In this document: positions 57,733 to 64,000 of the stretch, piece by piece
How positions within the stretch are numbered: the first letter of the stretch is position 1
Layout: each line of letters opens with the position of its first letter
The notes under the pieces: generated by a model
Seen by the model: only the letters and a program-made list of their open reading frames with translations
Databases searched by the model: none
What the model was told of the DNA's origin: nothing
Translations under genes and position numbers: made by a program
Source: Nannocystales bacterium
Lineage (GTDB): Bacteria > Myxococcota_A > Polyangia > Nannocystales > Nannocystaceae
Direction: 5' to 3'
Length of the DNA stretch: 64,000 nucleotides
Assembly: GCA_050633305.1 (NCBI GenBank)
Contig: JBOEGF010000018.1
Location: 576,001-640,000 of the forward strand

Positions 57733-58836
57733 ATGCTCGCGCGAACACGAGGTCGGACCTTTCTTTCCGCGGCTGTCTTTGTGGGCTCTCTCGTCACGGT
57801 GTTCGATGCGGGCGCGGCGTCGAGCGACGCCGGCACTTGCCGCTCCTCGTATATCCCTGGCGTAGTCTCTGGGCTGCCTGCGGACGAGGTTTCCTCCGAA
57901 GGGGTCGTGCCGATCGCACTCTGGGATTTTCCGGTCGAAACACCAGGCCTCGGAATGGTCGAGGTGATCGATCCCGCAGGGGTTCCGTTGGTGGGTTCAC
58001 TCGAGGTTGTCGCGAGCAGGGTCATCGTGTGGCGGCCGGACGAGCCGTTGGTGCCAGGGCTCGTGTACTCGGTCACCGCGAGCACTGACGATCCCGAACA
58101 GCGGTTCGCGGTTCCGGACAATCCGACCGCGGTTTTGCAGTGGTCGTTCGTTGCGGCAGGTGCCCGACCATCCACGGCCGCGTCCGAAGAGATCATCACG
58201 GGCCTCGACTACGTGGTTTCCGAACAGCTGGTCGGCGGATCTCTGGTGTGCTGTGATGGAGCGTTCCCCGTCCTGTCCGGACACGGGGACTCCCTCTGCT
58301 TCAAAGGCCTTTGCGGGTCGACATTCGCAAATGGGTCGCTGAACCTCAGCGTCGAGCTCGCAGTCGCGACACCCGCGGCTGTCGCGGCCAATACGTTCGC
58401 GCGCCGCGTTGGCCTGCCGACCGAGGATGGAGAGCAGAGTTGTTACACCGTCGTCGCGACGGACCTGACCACGGCGAGCGAGACAGAACTGGAGCGCTGC
58501 CACACGCGGCCTCCTGGACAGACCGGCATGGTCGACGACCACGATCCGGTGCCGGCGTTACTCGAGGTCTGCACGCAGGAGCCGTACGTCTGCGGAATAC
58601 ACCGTGAGTCCGACCAGGGCTGGGATTGGAACCCTGAGGATTGCCAGCCGGTCACGGAGTTGGAAGACCTGGACCCCGAGCTCGACGAACCGGCATCCGG
58701 GGAGTCCGGGGAGGCTGGTGCCGAAGACACTCAAGGGTGTGCGTGCCAAGCCGGGCTCGGCGTGAGCCCCATGTCGTTTCTGGGGGCGCCGCTCTTGCTC
58801 TTTGGGCTTGCGTCTCGCTGGCCTCGTGGTCGCTGA
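57733..58836 (+). CDS. Surface protein with Ig-like domain and MYXO-CTERM-like sorting tail
   Basis: Signal peptide; WRPDEPLVPGLVY...WSF Ig-like domain; GCACQAG + hydrophobic stretch + RWPRGR. Confidence 0.78.
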   Translation: MLARTRGRTFLSAAVFVGSLVTVFDAGAASSDAGTCRSSYIPGVVSGLPADEVSSEGVVPIALWDFPVETPGLGMVEVIDPAGVPLVGSLEVVASRVIVWRPDEPLVPGLVYSVTASTDDPEQRFAVPDNPTAVLQWSFVAAGARPSTAASEEIITGLDYVVSEQLVGGSLVCCDGAFPVLSGHGDSLCFKGLCGSTFANGSLNLSVELAVATPAAVAANTFARRVGLPTEDGEQSCYTVVATDLTTASETELERCHTRPPGQTGMVDDHDPVPALLEVCTQEPYVCGIHRESDQGWDWNPEDCQPVTELEDLDPELDEPASGESGEAGAEDTQGCACQAGLGVSPMSFLGAPLLLFGLASRWPRGR

Positions 58837-58922
58837 GGCGACGCGACGGTGGGCTGCCTCGGTCGACGGAAAAATCGCGTGAGCGCGGAACCCTCGCTCC
58901 GGTTTGGTGTCATGGACCCGCG

Positions 58923-60929
58923 ATGGGCAGTGGAACCCCAACCGTGCTGCGCCTCCTCGCCAGCCTTCTCGCCGTGGGGACTGCTCTGACGGCTGGTGTC
59001 GCGTCTGGGGCTCCCTCGCAGATCATCGAGGTCGCGCACGACGTGGAGGTGGAGTTCCATGAGACCCACGCCACGCTCACCGTCCGCCGCACCCTCGAGA
59101 CGGAACACCTCAATCCCCTCGAGGCGCACCTAAGGATTGGAACGAAGCATCCGTTGGCGGCGACGAGTCTCGCGACACGAGGGAGTGACGGCCAGTGGTA
59201 CCGCGGCGAGCTCATGGACGTTCATGACGCGGTGGACACGTACTGGAAGTTGACCGGCTCCAAGAAGGTCGTCCCCGAGGGCAAACTTCCGCGCCGGATG
59301 CCCTCGCTCAAGCCCAAGGATCCTGCGCTGCTGATGTGGAGGGGCGACGGGCTTTCGTTGTTCGTGTTCCCGCTCTCCGAGGGGGAGTCTCGAAGCGTCG
59401 AGTACACCTTACAAGTCCCCTACGAGCACGAGTCGGGGGCCGATGTACTCTACATCCCGGTCGGAGGGGTCGATGCGCTATCCCCTCGGATTACGTTCTC
59501 ACGGCCGCCTCCGAAGACGGCCGTCACGACCGAAGGGCAGTCGGTCAAAGGTGGGCTCGTCCTGGTTCCGACCTCGACGGGCGAGCTCGCGGTTCGGCTC
59601 GAGTCGTACCGAAGCCCGACCCTGTCGGTGTCACTGGCCTCGATCCCGGCCGACCAACGCCACATGGCGCGGGTCGAGGTCGTGGCGGGGCGAGAGCTCG
59701 GGGTCGATCCCGCTGGCACCCATGCGATCATCGTGGTCGACCGCTCGCGATCGCTCGGTGAAGACAGCTTCTCCGCCGCACAAGCAGCCGTGCAGGCGTA
59801 CCTCGGTGAGCTCGCAGAGGTCGCGGATGCGAGGGTCCAGATCGTTGGGTTCGCGCGGAAGGCCGAGGCGCTGCACAGCGATTTCGTCTCGGCCTCCGTC
59901 GCCGCCGCCGACTTGCGCGACGCCGGGTGGGACCAGCGCAACGGCAGCGACCTGGGGGCTGCACTCCATCTGGCGGCGTCGCGGCTGGAGGACGCTCCGC
60001 GCGACGTGCCCCGACGGGTCCTCGTGTTGTCGGACACTGCACTCACGGACGCCGTCGAGGCCGACGCACTTGCGCAGATCGAGTCACTGTCAGCCGTGGT
60101 GCACCTGGTCGACGTCGAGGGGGCGCGATGGACCAGCATGGAGCCCGCCGAGGACCATCCTTGGGAGGACGAGGTCGTCGCGACGGGCGGCGCGGTGTGG
60201 GCGGCAGCGGTCGATGCCGTGGACGGGGAGACGGGCGAGGTCTTCGCGTCGTGGGTTCGGCCGCAAAGCATTCGGGATGTCAGGGTCAACCTCGACGGCG
60301 AGGAACTCGGTACGACGTGGCTGGACTCGGGCGAGGGGACGCTCGATGTCGAACTCTACGAGCGTGCTCCCCGGGTGCTGCGCGCGACGGGCCGGGTGTG
60401 GGGCCGGACGGTCGAGGCACGCGCGACTCGAACGACGAAGGGCGACCGGGCGTGGAAGACCACGGCTGCCGCGTACCTGGGCGGAGGCATGAGTGAGGCC
60501 GAGATCGTCGACGTCGCGCAGCGGGCCGGCGCCGTCTCTCCGCATACCGCCTTCTTGGCCCTGGAGCCGGGCGCGAGCCCTGGTGAAGCGATGCTGCCGG
60601 ATGATGCAGGGTCGCCGCGAACGGTCTTCGGTTGCAGGCTGCGCGCGGGTGGCTACAGCGGCGACTTCGGCCGCTACTCGTTGACGTTCGACGAGGAGGC
60701 GTTCATCCGCGACCAGGTGACCGAGGCCGTCACCGCCTGCAACGCGACCCACGAGCATGTCTCGGTCGAACTCACGACCACGTACGCCGAAGTCGTGAAC
60801 GTCGACCAGGTCGACATTGAAGGTCAACCCAAGCTCGTAGCGTGCGTGGAGGAGGCGCTTTGGAACGTGGAGTTTCCGCCAGGCCAGCATCGCCGAGCAA
60901 CGCACATCGTGGAGCACGACCCGACGTAG
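58923..60929 (+). CDS. VIT-like plus von Willebrand factor A domain protein
   Basis: KDPALL...VFP, VDRSRS MIDAS, LSD, VSPHTAFLALEPG, C-terminal ACVEEALWNVEFP. Confidence 0.8.
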   Translation: MGSGTPTVLRLLASLLAVGTALTAGVASGAPSQIIEVAHDVEVEFHETHATLTVRRTLETEHLNPLEAHLRIGTKHPLAATSLATRGSDGQWYRGELMDVHDAVDTYWKLTGSKKVVPEGKLPRRMPSLKPKDPALLMWRGDGLSLFVFPLSEGESRSVEYTLQVPYEHESGADVLYIPVGGVDALSPRITFSRPPPKTAVTTEGQSVKGGLVLVPTSTGELAVRLESYRSPTLSVSLASIPADQRHMARVEVVAGRELGVDPAGTHAIIVVDRSRSLGEDSFSAAQAAVQAYLGELAEVADARVQIVGFARKAEALHSDFVSASVAAADLRDAGWDQRNGSDLGAALHLAASRLEDAPRDVPRRVLVLSDTALTDAVEADALAQIESLSAVVHLVDVEGARWTSMEPAEDHPWEDEVVATGGAVWAAAVDAVDGETGEVFASWVRPQSIRDVRVNLDGEELGTTWLDSGEGTLDVELYERAPRVLRATGRVWGRTVEARATRTTKGDRAWKTTAAAYLGGGMSEAEIVDVAQRAGAVSPHTAFLALEPGASPGEAMLPDDAGSPRTVFGCRLRAGGYSGDFGRYSLTFDEEAFIRDQVTEAVTACNATHEHVSVELTTTYAEVVNVDQVDIEGQPKLVACVEEALWNVEFPPGQHRRATHIVEHDPT

Positions 60930-61720
60930 GCGGGTCTCGTTCATCGGGAAGCCGGTGGAATCCTGGCTCCTCATCCGTCCCCGGCGGGGGATACCAGATC
61001 ACGCACACTGTCACGCGGGGCCGCCAACGCGTCTGCACACCCCGAATCGGCAGTCGGGCGACCACAACGTCGCCGAACCGAAGCCGCACCGCTGTAGACC
61101 CAGGCCGACGCTGCGTCCGCCGGTCCGACCACGCGGTCACCGGGTTCGCCTGTTTCCCCGCAATTGCGTTTCGTCCGACAGTTTTACCGCCGAAGATGAC
61201 GGCCCGGTCCCCAGAAACCATCCCGTCGACCGAACAACGCGCTTCCAGCCTCTGCGAGTTCCGTGTTGAGCAGAAAACACGTCGCCCCCAGGTGTACGCG
61301 TCGAGCCAGCACACCCATGCCGTCGACCAAACCTTCTCGCTCGTTGCGTGACTTCGGGTCGCGTATCCGCGTGGTACGTGCGTCCTCCCCTCAAGAATCC
61401 GCGATGCGCCTTCGTGGCGGTATCAAGGGTGTTGCCGCTGCGTCAGCAACTTGAAAGTGCGCAAGGCGTTTCAGCACCACGACCGGGGCCTGCCACCCCT
61501 GTCGGCGAGTGCACTGTCCGATGTCCGCTTCGAGAACACGATGACGAGAACGGAGCCCTGGGCCGGTTGGCCCGGCCTCGCGTGAGGGTCGAGCCGGATT
61601 CTGTTGCGGAGGTAAGACCCTTCACGATCTGGACGGAGCGGTTGCACAACATGCGCAAACGTCCTGCGCGTACGCGGTGGGTACTTCAGCAGCTCGTACC
61701 GTGTGGTCATGGAGGCGTTG

Positions 61721-63430
61721 ATGAGGGACCGAAGAAGAGATGTATGGCTGACCCGAACGCTCGCAGTCGTGGGACTCTTGGCGCAGCCGGGATGCTACGA
61801 GGGGGTCTCCCAGTCGGGCGAGATACCGCCGGTCGAACCCGAGGGCTCGACCGGTGCTGAGGGCACTGGAGGCGGAGGCGGGGGCGGTGACAGTGGTGGC
61901 GGGGAGCTCCCGGATGACGACGTGTTGGGGTGTGCACTGCCCCAGACCCGAATCTGGAAACTGACGCCACGGCAGTACGAGCACACGATGCAAGCGCTGT
62001 TGGGCAACCTGGAGCTTCCGATCGGCGACGTCAAATCGACGATCGCGAGGTTTGCGCAGCGCTACTACCGAAATGAAGCCGACCACGCCGACTTGAACGA
62101 GGGGCATGCCGGGGCCCTCTTCCGAGCGGCGGAGTTCGCTGCGTCTAACCCGCCGCCCTCGCTGCAGTGTGTGCTGGACGAAGCGAACGCTGAGGGTACG
62201 TGTACCCAAGAGAGCTTCGAGGCGTTTGCAAGTCGTGCGTTTCGGCGTCCGGCGACCCAGGAAGAAATCGCCGCGATTCTCTCCGTGTTCGATGCATCGC
62301 TGGCGAGGGGCATCACGGTCGAGGACGCGATGAGAGACGCCCTTTCCTGGGTGTTCATGTCTCCGAACCTGCTTTTCCGTATGGAGTTGGGCGAGGCTAC
62401 CGACACCGCCTCGGAGGTGACGCCGCTGTCTAGGTACGAGCGTGCGTCGGCGCTCAGCTACGCACTCTTCGATGGCCCCCCCGACGAAGTGCTCATGACC
62501 CTGGCAGAGTATGGGGCGCTCTCGAGTCCCGACGGTGTCGAGGAGTACGTGCGGACAACCCTTGAGGAGCCCGGGCGCGCGCGCGGGCTGTTGCGGTTCT
62601 ACTCCGAGTACTCCCAGGCGTTTCTCGCTCACGAAACGGGGGTCGACCCAGCGGTCTACGAAGAGTTCTCGGCGTTGGGTCCCGACCTCGTACGTGAACA
62701 AGACGAGTTCGTCGCCCATGTTTTTGGCGAGGGCGACGGCCGATTCGAGACGCTGATGAGTGCGCCGTACACCGTTGCGAATCCCCGCTTGGCAAGTCTG
62801 TACGGGGTCCAAGCGCCGGTCGAAGAGGGGTGGGGGGTTGTCGAGCTTCCCCCGGACCAACGAGCCGGCATCATCACCCAAGGCGGTTTCCTCGTCGCAG
62901 GGAGCAAGTTCGACCACGGCGACCCAATCCGGCGGGGCCTGTTGATCCGCAATCGAATGTTCTGTCAGGAGTTGCCTGAGCCGCCGAAAGTCCCACCCAT
63001 TGAAGAGTCTTCGGGGGCGACGATGCGCGAGAGCCTGTCGCAGCACCAGAGCGACCCACAGTGCGCAAGCTGTCACATGTTGACGGACTTGCTCGGTTTC
63101 CCGCTGGAGCAGTATGACGCAGTCGTGCGCTTCCGAACCCACGAGGGGGAAGCGTTGATCGACCCCAGTGGGGAGTTGGTCGGGGCCGTGCCCGAGGCGA
63201 GTTTTGCGAACGCGGTGGAGATGGGCGAGGTGATCGGCACCCACCCGGCGGCGAGGGCGTGCTTCGTGAAGAACGCATTCCACTATGTGTACGGACGCGA
63301 GCCGTCGACGGCGGACGCGTGTGAGCTGGAGCGGCTGCAAGCAAACTTCGAGGAGGCGGACGGCGACATGGTGGAGCTATTCGTCGACATGATGACCGCA
63401 GAGCACTTTTTGACCCGAAGGAGAGGATGA
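61721..63430 (+). CDS. DUF1592-family multi-domain lipoprotein (DUF1587/1595/1592/1588/1585)
   Basis: WKLTPRQY, RAFRRP, SPNLLFRME, LSYALFDGPPD, RAGIITQ, PIRRG, CASCH, GFPLEQYDA. Confidence 0.92.
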   Translation: MRDRRRDVWLTRTLAVVGLLAQPGCYEGVSQSGEIPPVEPEGSTGAEGTGGGGGGGDSGGGELPDDDVLGCALPQTRIWKLTPRQYEHTMQALLGNLELPIGDVKSTIARFAQRYYRNEADHADLNEGHAGALFRAAEFAASNPPPSLQCVLDEANAEGTCTQESFEAFASRAFRRPATQEEIAAILSVFDASLARGITVEDAMRDALSWVFMSPNLLFRMELGEATDTASEVTPLSRYERASALSYALFDGPPDEVLMTLAEYGALSSPDGVEEYVRTTLEEPGRARGLLRFYSEYSQAFLAHETGVDPAVYEEFSALGPDLVREQDEFVAHVFGEGDGRFETLMSAPYTVANPRLASLYGVQAPVEEGWGVVELPPDQRAGIITQGGFLVAGSKFDHGDPIRRGLLIRNRMFCQELPEPPKVPPIEESSGATMRESLSQHQSDPQCASCHMLTDLLGFPLEQYDAVVRFRTHEGEALIDPSGELVGAVPEASFANAVEMGEVIGTHPAARACFVKNAFHYVYGREPSTADACELERLQANFEEADGDMVELFVDMMTAEHFLTRRRG

Positions 63431-64000
63431 CTGTGAAACTGATCAAACGTAGAAACTTTGTGCGCGGCTTCGGGTTGACCGTTGGGGCTGTTGCGTTGAC
63501 CCCCATGGCTCGAAGTCTGGTCGCCCAGGCCAATGGCGACGCAGTCACGCAGAAGCGGTGGGTCCTGCTGCACGATCAACATGGCCTTCAAGGGGTGGTG
63601 GAGGGGGCACCGGAGCGGTGGGTCCCCAGCAGCGCGAACCTGACGGCGGCCGGGGCGTTGTCGCCGAGCTTTGCTCCGTTGGCGCCGTGGGCCGCGGACA
63701 TGATCATCGCGGACCGGTTCTACAACCCGTACAACGCGGGACAGCATGGGAACCACTGGGCGAGCTTGTCGGCGGACGGCATTCCCAGGCCCGACGGCGT
63801 GAGTGGGGGCGCGCAGAGCGCTGAACTCTATCCGAACGCGCCAACGGGGCTGACGGTGGATGTGGCGGCAGCGCGGCACTTGAGCGCGGGCGCTCCATTC
63901 GAGATCCTCGCGGCGGGAACGGACTCCGGGGGATTCAGCGCCGACGAGAACCTTCATCCCATCGGGTATTCGAACAACCCCGTCGAGTTGTTTGCGCGGG
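63427..64000 (+). CDS. DUF1552-family protein (partial, runs off window end)
   Basis: MTVKLIKRRNFVRG Tat signal, LSPSFAPLAPW, TVDVAAA, NNPVELF; ATGA overlap with the DUF1592 gene. Confidence 0.82.
   Translation, partial: MTVKLIKRRNFVRGFGLTVGAVALTPMARSLVAQANGDAVTQKRWVLLHDQHGLQGVVEGAPERWVPSSANLTAAGALSPSFAPLAPWAADMIIADRFYNPYNAGQHGNHWASLSADGIPRPDGVSGGAQSAELYPNAPTGLTVDVAAARHLSAGAPFEILAAGTDSGGFSADENLHPIGYSNNPVELFAR

Noticed and set aside
60945..61110. GGGAAGCCGGTGGAATCC resembling a cobalamin riboswitch core
   Set aside because: The loop is one base short, there is no convincing B12 box, and no B12-related gene follows. An Rfam covariance scan would settle it.

Overview
GC-rich, gene-dense chromosomal window that looks like a myxobacterium (inferred Nannocystaceae-type from the MYXO-CTERM-like tail, DUF1592/DUF1552 pairs, Cys/Asp-rich lipoproteins and MepA-type peptidases). 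It holds about 58 genes or gene fragments. I found no rRNA, tRNA, CRISPR array or transposase. Main blocks: (1) 1-6.7 kb surface-glycosylation cluster (GT2, methyltransferase, three GT-C-like membrane proteins); (2) 8.5-11.6 kb LysM-MepA gene followed by blaI and a BlaR1/M56 protease whose C-terminal domain is a second MepA-type endopeptidase, with a visible operator over a leaderless promoter; (3) housekeeping and lipoprotein genes (GST, pirin, Mo-enzyme with PepSY-TM partner, DUF3524 glycosyltransferase, serC, PLD, hybrid kinase); (4) 27-41 kb locus with five radical-SAM-type domains (four share a PxC...CxxCx5CxG tail, one lacks the SAM-binding triad), an NDP-sugar dehydratase, a GT-C-like protein and two paralogous small exported proteins, which is the best candidate for an undescribed system; (5) a DUF1592/DUF1552 pair collapsed by deletion; (6) a NIT-domain MCP-STAS-cheA-cheW-cheR-cheB operon with no cheY; (7) VWA, MYXO-CTERM and an intact DUF1592/DUF1552 pair. 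Ten genes have a TAnnnT box 6-7 nt before the start codon, suggesting widespread leaderless transcription. All family calls come from motif recognition by eye, not database searches.
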